From Alphaproteobacteria bacterium (GTDB lineage: Bacteria > Pseudomonadota > Alphaproteobacteria > CALKHQ01): 64,000 nucleotides of DNA. Positions 39,210 to 49,841 of this stretch are shown piece after piece. Below the pieces are notes generated by a model. That model saw only the letters and a program-made list of their open reading frames with translations. It was not told where the DNA came from and ran no database searches. Made by a program: the position numbers and the translations under genes. Each line of letters opens with the position of its first letter. Position 1 is the stretch's first letter. Where the stretch lies: NCBI GenBank assembly GCA_965227515.1, contig CBDDFZ010000001.1:3488001-3552000 (forward strand), given 5' to 3'.

Positions 39210-39301
39210 CGTCATGCCCGCACTTGTTGCGGGCATCCACGTCTTATTGGCCGCTTGAGCGGCCATTTTGGTGGATGCTCGGGTCAAGCCCGAGCATGAC
39301 G
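39210..39301. repeat. CGTC-tagged REP doublet (92 bp), copy 2 (inverted)
   Basis: Matches the reverse complement of 9923-10014 at 87 of 92 positions by manual alignment; lies between convergent genes. Confidence 0.92.
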
Positions 39302-39317
39302 ACTGAGGATTGTTGCG

Positions 39318-40226
39318 CTACCGCCCGAACACGCCTTGCGGCAGGCCTTTCACCCCCGGCTTGCAGGCGAAGATGGCGCCGGCCAGCGGTTGCCTGGCCA
39401 ACTCGGCGTCGTCGTGACCATAGCGCGCGGTGGTGATGTAGAGCGTGTCGAGGTCCGGGCCGCCGAACGCCGCACTGGTCACGCGCGAGGCCGGCACCTC
39501 CAGCTTGCGGTCGATGCTGCCGTCGGGCGCGAAGCGGATGACGCAGCCGCCGTCCCACCGGCAATTCCACAGATAGCCCTCGGCATCGATGGTGGACCCG
39601 TCGGGGTGCCCGAGGTCGGCGAGGTCCGCCCGGTCCTGCATCGCGAACTCGCGGCGGTTACTCAGGGAGCCGGCATCGGGGTCGAAGTCGAACGCCCAGA
39701 TACCCTTCAACGTGTCGGCGAAATAGAACAACCGGTTATCGGCGCGCCACGCCAGCGTGTTGGAGATGCCGAGCCCGGTCACCATCGCCTCGTACGATCC
39801 GTCGGGCTGCACCCGCCACAGGGTGCCGGTGTCGCCCTCCATGTCGACCGGCGAACCGTCATCGGCCAGATTGTTGTACATGGTGCCGACCCAGAACCGG
39901 CCCTGCCGGTCCGCCCCACCGTCGTTACAGCGGTTGAGCGGCTTGTCGGCCTCCGGCGCCACGAACGGCGTCAGCGCACCCGTCTCGGTGTCGAAGAACG
40001 ACAGCCCATGCACCTCGGCCACGATCAGCCCGCCCGACGTGCAGGGCGCCAACGCGCTGATCATGTTGGGCACGTCCCAGGTCTTGTGCCCGTCCGCCGC
40101 GGACCAGCGGTGCAGCCGTCTGGACGGCACGTCGGTCCAATAGAGGGCCTGCTCGCCGCCATGCCAGCACGGCCCCTCGCCCAGCCAGCATCCCGCCTCA
40201 ACGACACATTCGACCTCGGTGCTCAC
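39318..40226 (-). CDS. SMP-30/gluconolactonase family protein
   Basis: [44 protein letters not shown]. Confidence 0.92.
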   Translation of the reverse strand: MSTEVECVVEAGCWLGEGPCWHGGEQALYWTDVPSRRLHRWSAADGHKTWDVPNMISALAPCTSGGLIVAEVHGLSFFDTETGALTPFVAPEADKPLNRCNDGGADRQGRFWVGTMYNNLADDGSPVDMEGDTGTLWRVQPDGSYEAMVTGLGISNTLAWRADNRLFYFADTLKGIWAFDFDPDAGSLSNRREFAMQDRADLADLGHPDGSTIDAEGYLWNCRWDGGCVIRFAPDGSIDRKLEVPASRVTSAAFGGPDLDTLYITTARYGHDDAELARQPLAGAIFACKPGVKGLPQGVFGR

Positions 40227-40303
40227 GCCCCTGCCTCCCCTTCCGTTCGCTGGCGGTATTCTCCACCCGATTGCGGCCGGGTGTCCATGGCGGAGGGTGT
40301 CGC

Positions 40304-40768
40304 CTAGCCGGTCAGCGCCAGTTGCGCCGCGAAGTCCCGTATCAGGCCGTCATAGTCCTCCCTTGGCGGGAACTTCTCATAGCTGCGCACGGCGGAGGTC
40401 GCGGCCCATGGCAGCATCTCGCTGGTGTAGGTCTCGACGTACGGCGCGAACCACCGGTTGTCGTCGAGCATGGTCGGGCGGACGTTGACCATGAAGTCGA
40501 GCCCCTCCGGCTCGGTGAACATCCAGCTCATGCAGTGCGGGCAGAAATGATGGCGGCTGGCCCCGTGCAGCCCGCCGATCACCGGCGCGCCTTCCAAGAC
40601 GTCGAACCCCTCGCGCGGTATCGCGGTACTGAGGGAATAGGCGCTGGAGGACATGCGCTGGCAGCCGGTGCAGTGGCACGCCATGGTCATGATCGGTATC
40701 GCACTGACCCTGAAGCGCACCTGGCCGCAGCGGCAGCCGCCGTCCAATGGCAGTTTCGGGAGGTCCAT
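40304..40768 (-). CDS. GFA family Zn-binding protein (glutathione-dependent formaldehyde-activating-like)
   Basis: [18 protein letters not shown] and FCPHC; GGAGG 8 nt before MDLPK. Confidence 0.88.
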   Translation of the reverse strand: MDLPKLPLDGGCRCGQVRFRVSAIPIMTMACHCTGCQRMSSSAYSLSTAIPREGFDVLEGAPVIGGLHGASRHHFCPHCMSWMFTEPEGLDFMVNVRPTMLDDNRWFAPYVETYTSEMLPWAATSAVRSYEKFPPREDYDGLIRDFAAQLALTG

Positions 40769-40840
40769 GGGCATACCCTCCGGGTCGGTTCGGTCAGGGT
40801 GCAGTCTTGCCGCAAAAGCGGGATCGTGTATAGGCGCTGG

Positions 40841-40857
40841 CTGGCATGTCCCTTGCT
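40841..40857 (+). promoter_or_regulatory. Candidate sigma-54 (-24/-12) promoter
   Basis: CTGGCAT-GTCCC-TTGCT with correct GG-N10-GC spacing, upstream of the exporter operon. Confidence 0.5.
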
Positions 40858-40993
40858 CCATTCTGTGACGTCACGTCGTCGCAGTTGCCGGCTGGCGCGA
40901 TGCATCATTGTGCGAACATGGTCATATTTGGAGTGTGAGCCTGTATTCCTCGCCGGGCCCAGTCTCTCGGCGCCCGGCCAAGCGGGGAGTTGC

Positions 40994-41746
40994 ATGACCT
41001 CTGCGCCCGATAGTGCCGCCGTAACCGACGCGCATGGCCCGGAAGACGTCGCGTTGTGCGCGACCGGCGTCACCAAGATCTACCGCATGGGCGCGGTGGA
41101 GGTGCACGCGCTCCGCGGTGTCGACGTCGCGTTTCGCGCCGGCGAACTGGTCGTGTTGCTGGGTCAGTCGGGCAGCGGCAAGTCCACCTTGCTCAACATC
41201 CTGGGCGGCCTCGACGTGCCGACCGCCGGCGAGGTGCGATTCCGCGACCACGACCTCACCCACGCCAGCGACCGCGCGCTCAACCTCTACCGGCGCGAGC
41301 ACGTCGGCTTCGTCTTCCAGTTCTACAACCTGATCCCCAGCCTGACCGCGCGCGAGAACGTGGCACTGGTGACCGAGATCGCGCGAAACCCGATGCCGCC
41401 GGAAGACGCGCTGGACCTGGTCGGCCTCGGCAACCGGCTCGACCACTTCCCGGCCCAGCTTTCCGGCGGCGAGCAGCAACGGGTGGCCATCGCGCGCGCC
41501 ATCGCCAAGCGGCCGGAATTGTTGCTCTGCGACGAACCGACGGGCGCGCTGGACAGCGAGACCGGCATTCTGGTGCTGGAGGCGATTTTGAAGGTTAACC
41601 AGGAGCTTGGCACCACCACGGCGCTGATCACCCACAACGCCGTCATCGCCGATGTCGCCCACCGCGTGCTGCACTTCGCCGACGGCCGCATCGTCGAGAC
41701 CCGGGTCAACCGGACCCGCCGCTCACCGCGCGACCTGGAATGGTAG
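40994..41746 (+). CDS. ABC exporter ATP-binding protein (LolD/MacB type)
   Basis: [44 protein letters not shown]. Confidence 0.92.
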   Translation: MTSAPDSAAVTDAHGPEDVALCATGVTKIYRMGAVEVHALRGVDVAFRAGELVVLLGQSGSGKSTLLNILGGLDVPTAGEVRFRDHDLTHASDRALNLYRREHVGFVFQFYNLIPSLTARENVALVTEIARNPMPPEDALDLVGLGNRLDHFPAQLSGGEQQRVAIARAIAKRPELLLCDEPTGALDSETGILVLEAILKVNQELGTTTALITHNAVIADVAHRVLHFADGRIVETRVNRTRRSPRDLEW

Positions 41747-41750
41747 GACC

Positions 41751-44114
41751 GTGAGCAGCCTGGACCACAAGCTGCTGCGCGCCCTGGTCGCGCTGAAGGC
41801 GCAGGTGCTGGCCATTGCGCTGGTCATCGCGTCGGGCGCGGCCCTGCTGGTGATGGCTCTGACCACCATCGAGGCGCTGGAGGAGACGACGGCCGCCTAT
41901 TACGAGCGGGCCCGCTTCGCCGATGTCTTCGCCACCGTCACCCGCGCGCCAGAGGCCCTGGGCCGCGACATTGCCGCCATTCCGGGCGTGCAGGCGGTCG
42001 AGACCCGCATCGTCGAGGGCGCGGTGCTGGATATCGCCGGGTTCGAGGAGCCGGTGACCGGGCAGCTCATCTCGCTGCCCGACCACGGCCCGCAGGTGCT
42101 CAACATGCTGGTGCTGCGATCCGGCCGCATGGTCGAGCCCGGCCGGCCGGACGAAGTGGTGATCAGCGAGCCCTTCGCCGAGGCGCACGAACTGGTGCCC
42201 GGCGACAGCTTCGATGCCGTGCTCAGCGGCCGAAAACGCACACTGCAGGTGGTGGGCACCGCGCTGAGCCCCGAGTTCGTGCACGCCATTGCACCCGGCG
42301 GACTGATGCCCGATGACGAGCGCTTCGGCATCATCTGGATGGGGCGCGAGGCGCTGGCGGCGGCGTTCGACTTCGACGGCGCGTTCAACAGCGTCACCCT
42401 GGGCCTGGCGCGCCCCGACGACACGCAGCAGGTCATGCTGGAATTGGACGCCCTGCTTGCACCCTATGGCGGCACCGGCGCCATCGCGCGGGCGGACCAG
42501 CTCTCCAACTGGTTCCTGCAGAACGAGATCACCCAGCAGAAGAACATGGCGTCGCTGTTGCCGATGATCTTCCTCGGCGTGGCGGCGTTCCTGACCAACA
42601 TGGTGCTGGCCCGGCTGATCGCGACCGAGCGGCGGGAGATAGGCCTGCTGAAGGCGTTCGGCTATTCGGACCTGGCCGTGGGCTGGCACTATGCCAAGCT
42701 GATCCTGGTCATCGGCGGCATCGGCGTGTTGCTGGGGGCGGTGCTCGGCGCCTGGCTCGGCCAGTTCAACACCAGGCTTTATGCCGAGCTCTACCGCTTC
42801 CCGTTCCTGCTCTACCGGCCGGGCCCCACCAGCTTTGCCATCGCCGGCCTGATCAGCCTGGGTGCAGCGTTGGCCGGCAGCCTGATTACGGTGCGGCGGG
42901 CGATCAAGCTGCCGCCGGCAGCGGCCATGCTGCCGCCGACCCCGCCCAGCTATCGCCGCAGCCGGATCGGGCTCGCAGCCCTTGCCGGCGCGCTCGACGA
43001 GCCGTCGCGGATGGTCATTCGCCGCATCGTCAACTGGCCGCTACGCGCCTTCCTGGCCAGCTTCGGCCTGGCCATGTCGGTCGCCGTCTTGATTATGGGC
43101 CTGCAATGGATCGACGCCATCGACAGCATGGTCGACAGCGTGTTCATCCGCGGCCAGCACCAGGACGCCACGGTGGCCCTGACCGACATCAAGCCGGAAC
43201 GGGTGATGCAGTCGTTCGGGCAACTGCCGGGCGTGATGGCGGTGGAGCCCGCGCGCGGCGTCGCGGCACGGCTGACCAACGGCGCGCTGGTCCAGCGCGA
43301 GGGGATCAGCGGCGTCGCCGAAGGCGCGGTGCTCAGCCCGGTGTACGACGAGAGCGGCACCCGCATCGAGGTACCGCCAGACGGCCTGCTGATGTCGCGC
43401 AAGCTGGCCGAGGTCCTGAACGTCAGGCCGGGCGACACGGTGCGGGTGGAAGTGCTGGAGGGTCGGCGACCCATCCTCGACCTGCCTGTGGTGCGCACGT
43501 TCGACACACTGATCGGCACGCCCGCCTATATGTCGCTGTCGGCACTGAACCGCCTGATGGGCGACGGACGGGTCGTGAACCAGCTCCACATCGCCGTCGA
43601 CGAAGCGCACCAGGCCGCCCTGCTGTCGCAGCTGAAGAACATGCCCTCGGTTGCCGGCGTTCTGTTCCGCCAGGCCGCGATCGACACCTTCTACACCACT
43701 GTCGGCGAAACGATTTACGTCTTCATTGGCTTCTTCGTCGCCTTCGCCGTCGTGCTGTCGGTCGGCGTCACCTACAACTCGATCCGCATCGCGCTGTCGG
43801 AACGGGCGCGCGAACTGGCGACGCTCAGGGTGCTCGGCTTCAGCCGATGGGAGATCTCGTACATCCTGCTCGGTGAGATCGGGCTGCTGACCTGGTTTGC
43901 AATTCCGCTTGGCTGCATTACCGGGTTCGTGCTGGCCTGGTACATCGCCGCCAGTTTCGAGACCGAGCTTTACCGCATTCCGCTGGTCATCCTGGACGCA
44001 ACCTATGGCAAGGCGGCGCTGGTGGCGCTCGCAGCCACCATTCTGTGCGCCGCTGTCGTGCGCCGCCGGCTCGACCGGCTGGACCTGATCGGCGTTCTGA
44101 AGACGAGGGAGTAG
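41751..44114 (+). CDS. FtsX/MacB-type ABC permease with two repeated halves
   Basis: [12 protein letters not shown] and [13 protein letters not shown] motifs, two periplasmic domains; GTG start. Confidence 0.9.
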   Translation: MSSLDHKLLRALVALKAQVLAIALVIASGAALLVMALTTIEALEETTAAYYERARFADVFATVTRAPEALGRDIAAIPGVQAVETRIVEGAVLDIAGFEEPVTGQLISLPDHGPQVLNMLVLRSGRMVEPGRPDEVVISEPFAEAHELVPGDSFDAVLSGRKRTLQVVGTALSPEFVHAIAPGGLMPDDERFGIIWMGREALAAAFDFDGAFNSVTLGLARPDDTQQVMLELDALLAPYGGTGAIARADQLSNWFLQNEITQQKNMASLLPMIFLGVAAFLTNMVLARLIATERREIGLLKAFGYSDLAVGWHYAKLILVIGGIGVLLGAVLGAWLGQFNTRLYAELYRFPFLLYRPGPTSFAIAGLISLGAALAGSLITVRRAIKLPPAAAMLPPTPPSYRRSRIGLAALAGALDEPSRMVIRRIVNWPLRAFLASFGLAMSVAVLIMGLQWIDAIDSMVDSVFIRGQHQDATVALTDIKPERVMQSFGQLPGVMAVEPARGVAARLTNGALVQREGISGVAEGAVLSPVYDESGTRIEVPPDGLLMSRKLAEVLNVRPGDTVRVEVLEGRRPILDLPVVRTFDTLIGTPAYMSLSALNRLMGDGRVVNQLHIAVDEAHQAALLSQLKNMPSVAGVLFRQAAIDTFYTTVGETIYVFIGFFVAFAVVLSVGVTYNSIRIALSERARELATLRVLGFSRWEISYILLGEIGLLTWFAIPLGCITGFVLAWYIAASFETELYRIPLVILDATYGKAALVALAATILCAAVVRRRLDRLDLIGVLKTRE

Positions 44115-44120
44115 CGAGCC

Positions 44121-45320
44121 TTGAAATCCAAGCTGCCGAGACTGGTGATCTGGGGCGGGCTGCTGGCGGTGCTGGCCGCGGCCATTGTCTATGCCCTGCG
44201 CCCCCAGCCGATACAGGTCGACCTGGCCGGCGCCGATATCAGCCTGTTGCGGGTCACCATCGACGAGGAAGGCGAAGCGCGGGTGCGCGACGTCTACACG
44301 CTTTATGCGCCGCTCAGCGGCTACATGCATCGGATCGAGGCGGAGGCCGGCGACGAGGTGGCGGCGGACGTGACCGAGCTTGCCATGATCGAGCCGGCGC
44401 CGCCCGCCTTCCTCGATGTGCGCACCGAGGCTGAGCAGCAGGCCGCGATGGAGGCGGCCGTGGCCGCGCGCAACCTCGCCGCCGCCGAACTCAGCCGCGC
44501 CCAGGCCGATCTGGCCTTCGCTACCTCCGAGCTGGAGCGCGCCAACCGCCTGATCCAGCAGTCCATCATTCCTGAGCGCACTCTGGACGACGCCCGCCGC
44601 GCCCACGCCATTGCCTCGGCCAATTTGGAGATGGCGCAGGCGGCGCTGGCGGTCCGCGAGCACGAACTGGAGCAGGCCCAATCGCGGCTGCTGACCCGCG
44701 CGGAGATCCTGGAGCGCACCGGCGCTTGCGAATGCGTGCCGATCACGGCCCCGGTCAACGGCGTCGTACTGCGGGTTCAGCGCCGCAGCGAAGGGGTCGT
44801 GGAGGCCGGCACGCCGCTGCTCGACATCGGTAACCCCGGCGACCTGGAGGTCGTGGTCTCGCTGCTGTCGGAAGATGCCGTACGGATCGAGCGCGGTCAC
44901 GACGCCATCATCTCTGGCTGGGGCGGCCCCGACCTGGCAGCGATCGTGCAGCGGATCGAACCGTTCGGCGAAACCGAGGTGTCGGCGCTGGGCATCGAGG
45001 AACAGCGCGTCGACGTGGTGCTCGACCTGGCCGACCCGCCGGAACATTGGGCGCGGCTGGGCCACGGATACCGGGTCGACGTGCATGTGATCTTGTTCGA
45101 GGACGAGGTGCTGCGCGTGCCGTTGGGCTCGCTGATCCGCCATGGCGACGGCTGGGCCGTCTACGTCGACGATGACGGCACGGCGCGGCTGCAACCGGTC
45201 GAGGTCGGGCAGCGCAACAGCCTGCACGTCGGCATCGTTGGCGGCCTTGCCGAGGGCCAGCAGGTGGTGCTGTTTCCCGGCGACCGGATCGCCGACGGCG
45301 CCTCCATCGAGCGGAGGTAG
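44121..45320 (+). CDS. Periplasmic adaptor/membrane fusion protein (HlyD/MacA type)
   Basis: N-terminal anchor, coiled-coil hairpin, ITAPVNGVVL and SALGIEEQRV. Confidence 0.9.
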   Translation: MKSKLPRLVIWGGLLAVLAAAIVYALRPQPIQVDLAGADISLLRVTIDEEGEARVRDVYTLYAPLSGYMHRIEAEAGDEVAADVTELAMIEPAPPAFLDVRTEAEQQAAMEAAVAARNLAAAELSRAQADLAFATSELERANRLIQQSIIPERTLDDARRAHAIASANLEMAQAALAVREHELEQAQSRLLTRAEILERTGACECVPITAPVNGVVLRVQRRSEGVVEAGTPLLDIGNPGDLEVVVSLLSEDAVRIERGHDAIISGWGGPDLAAIVQRIEPFGETEVSALGIEEQRVDVVLDLADPPEHWARLGHGYRVDVHVILFEDEVLRVPLGSLIRHGDGWAVYVDDDGTARLQPVEVGQRNSLHVGIVGGLAEGQQVVLFPGDRIADGASIERR

Positions 45321-45406
45321 GCTCGGACCGTCGTTCGGTTGCTGGGTTTGGCCGGCCATTGGGGTAGTGTCGCTGCGCACACGCCGCCGACCAAGAGAGT
45401 CCGACC

Positions 45407-46606
45407 ATGAAGATCACCGCGATCGAGACCATCCGTCTCGCCGAATTCCCCAACCTGTTGTGGGTGGAGGTGCGCACCGACGAGGGCGTGACCGGGCTCG
45501 GCGAAACGTTCTTCGGGGCCGCGGCGGTCGAGGCCCATATCCACGAGACGGCGGCACCAAAGCTGATCGGCCGCGATCCGCTCGCCATCGACCGCATCGC
45601 CAAGGACCTGGTCGGCTATATAGGCTTCCGCGCGGCGGGCGCGGAGACGCGCGGCAACTCCGCCATCGACATCGCGCTGTGGGACCTGTTCGGCAAGGCC
45701 ACCGGCCAGCCGTTGGCGCAATTGCTGGGCGGTTTCTCGCGGCCCAGCATCCGCACCTACAACACCTGCGCCGGCTCCCACTATGTGCGCGAAGCGAGCG
45801 GTCAGCGCACCACCAACTGGGGGCTTGGCGAGCAGCGCGAGTACGACGACCTGAGCATGTTCCTGACCCGCGCCGACGACCTGGCCGAGGAGCTGCTGGA
45901 CGACGGCATCACGGCGATGAAGATCTGGCCGTTCGACCCGGCGGCCGAGGCATCGGATGGTCACTACATTTCAGCCAGTGACCTTAAGAAGGCGCTGGAA
46001 CCGTTTGATAAGATACGCAAACGGGTCGGCGACCGCATGGACATCATGGTCGAGTTCCACTCGCTGTGGCAGTTGCTGCCGGCGATGCAGATCGCCCGTG
46101 CGCTGGCGCCCTACAACACCTTCTGGCACGAGGACCCGATCAAGATGGACAGCCTCGGCAGCCTGCGCCGCTATGCCGAGGCGAGCACGGCCCCGATTTG
46201 CGCGTCGGAGACGCTGTCCTCGCGCTGGGCGTTTCGCGACCTGCTGGAAACCGGGGTGGCCGGTGTGGTGATGCTCGACATCTCGTGGTGCGGCGGCATC
46301 TCCGAGGCGCGCAAGATCGCGGCGATGGCGGAGGCATGGCACCTGCCGGTGGCGCCGCACGACTGCACCGGCCCGGTGGTGCTGGCCGCCTCCACCCACC
46401 TGTCGCTGAACGCGCCGAACGCGCTGGTGCAGGAGAGCGTGCGCGGCTTCTACCGCACCTGGTACCGCGACCTGGTGACCGCGTTGCCAGACGTCTCCGA
46501 CGGCATGATCACGGTACCGCCCGGGCCCGGCCATGGGCTGGAGCTTCGGGCCGACCTGGCCGAGCGCTTCACCATGACCCGCCGCACCGCAGACGCCGAC
46601 ACCTGA
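45407..46606 (+). CDS. Mandelate racemase-subgroup enzyme (acid-sugar dehydratase-like)
   Basis: TDEGVTGLGE, SAIDIALWD, MKIWPFD, VEFH/HEDP/ASE ligands, LD...APH dyad. Confidence 0.9.
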   Translation: MKITAIETIRLAEFPNLLWVEVRTDEGVTGLGETFFGAAAVEAHIHETAAPKLIGRDPLAIDRIAKDLVGYIGFRAAGAETRGNSAIDIALWDLFGKATGQPLAQLLGGFSRPSIRTYNTCAGSHYVREASGQRTTNWGLGEQREYDDLSMFLTRADDLAEELLDDGITAMKIWPFDPAAEASDGHYISASDLKKALEPFDKIRKRVGDRMDIMVEFHSLWQLLPAMQIARALAPYNTFWHEDPIKMDSLGSLRRYAEASTAPICASETLSSRWAFRDLLETGVAGVVMLDISWCGGISEARKIAAMAEAWHLPVAPHDCTGPVVLAASTHLSLNAPNALVQESVRGFYRTWYRDLVTALPDVSDGMITVPPGPGHGLELRADLAERFTMTRRTADADT

Positions 46607-46636
46607 GCCGACGGCGCGCGCCCGACCTCCGCTGGA

Positions 46637-46654
46637 GCGTCATGGCACTGTCAT
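46637..46654 (+). promoter_or_regulatory. Pho box upstream of phnG
   Basis: GCGTCAT-GGCA-CTGTCAT (7-4-7), 88 nt before the phnG ATG. Confidence 0.7.
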
Positions 46655-46742
46655 TTGGTTTTGCCTGGGGGATACGATATAGGCGCTGGTTCTGTCCGCC
46701 CCAGCAAACCCTGCCAACGACGAGTCCGGCCGAGCTTTCGCC

Positions 46743-47204
46743 ATGCCGCACACCGAAGAACAGCGCAAATCCTGGCTTCGCGCACTGGCTTTGGCCACCG
46801 GCGAAGAGTTGTCGGCGGCGTGGGCTCTGGTGGACGAGGCCCCGTCCTTTGAGGTGCTGAAAGGCCCCGAAGTCGGGTTGGCGATGGCGCGCGGGCGGAC
46901 CGGCGGCACTGGCGCCGCGTTCAATGTCGGCGAGGTCAGCGTGACCCGGTGCGTGGTCAGCGCGACCGACCAATCCACTGGCAGTAACCTTCACGGCGTC
47001 GGGTTCGTAACCGGGCGCGACACGGAGCGTGCCCTGCTGGTCGCGCGGCTGGACGCCCTGTTCCAGGACAGCGCCCAGGGAGCGAAAGCACGCGCCGCCG
47101 TGCTGGCGCATCTCGACAACGCGCTGGCGGAGCGCCGCGCAACGCAGGCGGCGCGCACCGCCGCGACCCGCGTCGACTTCTTCACCATGCAGCGGGGCGA
47201 GTGA
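46743..47204 (+). CDS. phnG: C-P lyase subunit PhnG
   Basis: PEVGLAMARGRTGGTGAAFNVGEVSVTRC and AATRVDFFTMQRGE. Confidence 0.95.
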   Translation: MPHTEEQRKSWLRALALATGEELSAAWALVDEAPSFEVLKGPEVGLAMARGRTGGTGAAFNVGEVSVTRCVVSATDQSTGSNLHGVGFVTGRDTERALLVARLDALFQDSAQGAKARAAVLAHLDNALAERRATQAARTAATRVDFFTMQRGE

Positions 47205-47803
47205 TGCCGGTGACTGGAACGATTGCGGCAAACGATCCGGTGCTTGCCGACCAGCGGACCTTTCGGGCGTTGCTGGATGCGCTCGCCCGGCCGGGCCAGA
47301 TCACGGCGCTGGACCCTATGGGCGGCACCGTACCCTCGCCCCTGTTGGCGGCGTCGGCGGCGGTCGCCCGTTGCCTGTTCGACCACACCACGGCGATATG
47401 GCTGGACCCGGCATGCGACACCGAGCCGGTGCGCGCGTTCCTGCGCTTGCACACGGGTGCGCGGTTGACCGACGATGCCGGCGTGGCTGAATTCGCGGTT
47501 TGCCCGGTCGACGGACTCGCCGCGCGCATCCCCACCTTCAAGGCAGGCACGGCCGACTACCCGGACCGCTCGGCGACGGTGATCGTGCAAGTGGCCGAAC
47601 TGCAGGATCACGGCGGCCCGCGCCTGACCGGCCCTGGCATCGACGGTGCCGCGCGGTTCTCGTTTGCCGGCGCCGACGATGCGCTGTGGCAGGCGCTGCG
47701 CGTGAACCACCGGCGGTTTCCGCTCGGCATCGACTGCGTCTTCTGCACGCAAGACAAGGTCGCGTGCCTGCCCCGCTCAACCCGGATCGAGATCGAGGAC
47801 TGA
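47201..47803 (+). CDS. phnG-associated phnH: C-P lyase subunit PhnH
   Basis: QRTFRALLDALARPG, GTADYPDRSAT, LTGPGI, FPLGID, LPRSTR. Confidence 0.95.
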   Translation: MMPVTGTIAANDPVLADQRTFRALLDALARPGQITALDPMGGTVPSPLLAASAAVARCLFDHTTAIWLDPACDTEPVRAFLRLHTGARLTDDAGVAEFAVCPVDGLAARIPTFKAGTADYPDRSATVIVQVAELQDHGGPRLTGPGIDGAARFSFAGADDALWQALRVNHRRFPLGIDCVFCTQDKVACLPRSTRIEIED

Positions 47804-47806
47804 GCC

Positions 47807-48928
47807 ATGTATGTCGCGGTCAAGGGTGGCGAAAAGGCCATCGACAATGCCCATGCGCTGCTGGCCCACGAGCGGCGCGGCGACCCGGCCACGCCCGAAC
47901 TGAGCGTCGCCCAGATCCGCGAGCAGATGTCGCTCGCCGTCGACCGGGTGATGGCGGAAGGCTCGCTCTACGACCGCGACCTGGCCGCGCTCGCCATCAA
48001 GCAGGCGCGCGGTGACCTGGTGGAGGCGATCTTCCTGATCCGCGCCTACCGCACCACCCTGCCCCGGCTGGCCGACTGCCAGCCGCTGGACACCGCGGGC
48101 ATGCTGATCGAGCGCCGGATCTCGGCCACCTACAAGGACCTACCGGGCGGCCAGGTGCTTGGCCCGACCTTCGACTACACCCACCGCCTGCTTGACTTCG
48201 CGCTGGCGGCCGAGGGCGGCACGGTGCCGACGCCCGCGCGCGGCGACACGCCGACCGAGGCCAATGGCACGACGCCACGGGTCGCCGACCTGCTGGCCGG
48301 CGAGGCGCTGCTGGCACGGGAGGCCGATGACGGCACCAAGCCCGCGCCCGGCGACCTGACCCGCGAGCCGATCTCGTTCCCCGCCGACCGTGACGTCCGC
48401 CTGCAATCGTTGGCCCGCGCCGACGAAGGCTATGTGCTGGCAATGGCCTATTCCAGCCAGCGTGGCTATGGCCGCACCCATCCGTTTGCCGGCGAAATCC
48501 GCTTCGGCGCAGTCGAGGTCGAGGTCTTCGACGAGATGCTGGGCTTCGCGGTCACGGTCGGCGAGATCAAGGTGACCGAGTGCGAGATGGTCAACCAGTT
48601 CCAGGGTTCGAAATCGGCGCCGCCGCAGTTCACCCGCGGCTACGGGCTGGTGTTCGGCTACAACGAGCGCAAGGCGATGGCGATGGCGCTGGTCGACCGC
48701 TCGTTGCAGGCGCGCGAGCTGGGCGAGCCGGTCGACGCTCCGGTGCAGGACGAGGAGTTCGTGCTGATGCACGGCGACAACGTCGAGGCATCGGGCTTCG
48801 TGCAGCACCTGAAGCTGCCCCATTACGTCGACTTCCAGTCCGAGCTGGAACTGGTGCGCAAGATGCGCCGCGAGCACGAGCAGGGCCGCTGGCAGACGCA
48901 GGAGGTGGACAATGCCGCCGCCGAATAG
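47807..48928 (+). CDS. phnI: C-P lyase subunit PhnI
   Basis: MYVAVKGGEKAI, LGPTFDYTHRLLD, GFVQHLKLPHYVDFQSEL. Confidence 0.97.
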   Translation: MYVAVKGGEKAIDNAHALLAHERRGDPATPELSVAQIREQMSLAVDRVMAEGSLYDRDLAALAIKQARGDLVEAIFLIRAYRTTLPRLADCQPLDTAGMLIERRISATYKDLPGGQVLGPTFDYTHRLLDFALAAEGGTVPTPARGDTPTEANGTTPRVADLLAGEALLAREADDGTKPAPGDLTREPISFPADRDVRLQSLARADEGYVLAMAYSSQRGYGRTHPFAGEIRFGAVEVEVFDEMLGFAVTVGEIKVTECEMVNQFQGSKSAPPQFTRGYGLVFGYNERKAMAMALVDRSLQARELGEPVDAPVQDEEFVLMHGDNVEASGFVQHLKLPHYVDFQSELELVRKMRREHEQGRWQTQEVDNAAAE

Positions 48929-49841
48929 CGCCGCTGCCCAGCCGGAAGACTCCGCCGCGCCGCGCGACCAGGGCTACAACTTCGCGTTCCTGGACGAGCA
49001 GACCAAGCGGATGATCCGCCGCACGATCCTGAAGGCGGTCGCGATTCCCGGCTATCAGGCGCCGTTCGCCAGCCGGGAGATGCCGATGCCCTATGGCTGG
49101 GGTACCGGCGGCATACAGCTCACCGCCGCGCTGATCGGCCCGGCCGACGTGCTGAAGGTCATCGACCAGGGCTCCGACGACACCACCAACGCCATCAGCA
49201 TCCGCAAGTTCTTCGCCCGGGTGACCGGGGTCGCCACCACCGAGCGGACCGAGGACGCGACCCTGATCCAGACCCGCCACCGCATTCCGGAGGCCGATCT
49301 GGGCGCGCACCAGATCCTGGTCTACCAGGTGCCGATCCCCGAGCCGCTGCGCTTCCTGGAGCCGCGCGAGACCGAGACCCGGCAGATGCACGCGCTGGAG
49401 GATTACGGCCTGATGCACGTGAAGCTCTACGAGGACATCGCGCGCCACGGCCACATCGCCACCAGCTACGCCTATCCGGTGAAGGTCTCCGACCGCTACA
49501 TCATGGACCCCTCGCCGATCCCGAAGTTCGACAACCCGAAGATGGACGGCATGGCCGCCCTCCAGCTCTTCGGCGCCGGGCGCGAGCAGCGTATCTACGC
49601 GATCCCGCCGCATACGCCGGTGAAGAGCCTGGACTTCGATGACTACCCGTTCGAGAAGCCGACCTGGGAGGCCAACTGCGCGCTGTGCGGCAGCGGCACC
49701 TCGTACCTGGACGAGATCATTCTGGATGATGCCGGGCGGCGGATGTTCGTGTGCTCGGACACCGACTATTGCGGGCGCCGCCGCGCCGATGGCCATACCG
49801 GCAGCGCCAGCGCGGTGTGGATCGAGGACGACCGGACGTGA
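48912..49841 (+). CDS. phnJ: Radical-SAM C-P lyase PhnJ
   Basis: YNFAFLDEQTKRMIRR, PYGWGTGG, CALC...VCSDTDYC. Confidence 0.97.
   Translation: MPPPNSAAAQPEDSAAPRDQGYNFAFLDEQTKRMIRRTILKAVAIPGYQAPFASREMPMPYGWGTGGIQLTAALIGPADVLKVIDQGSDDTTNAISIRKFFARVTGVATTERTEDATLIQTRHRIPEADLGAHQILVYQVPIPEPLRFLEPRETETRQMHALEDYGLMHVKLYEDIARHGHIATSYAYPVKVSDRYIMDPSPIPKFDNPKMDGMAALQLFGAGREQRIYAIPPHTPVKSLDFDDYPFEKPTWEANCALCGSGTSYLDEIILDDAGRRMFVCSDTDYCGRRRADGHTGSASAVWIEDDRT

Noticed and set aside
39040-39570. Short ORFs sharing peptides such as MDARNKCGHD, MLGLDPSI and MGPRHKGED (also near 9.9, 36.6 and 63.2 kb)
   Set aside because: These are translations of the REP units, not a protein family.
46643-46660. TGGCAC as a sigma-54 site before phnG
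   Set aside because: No GC at the -12 position; the sequence is explained by the Pho box.
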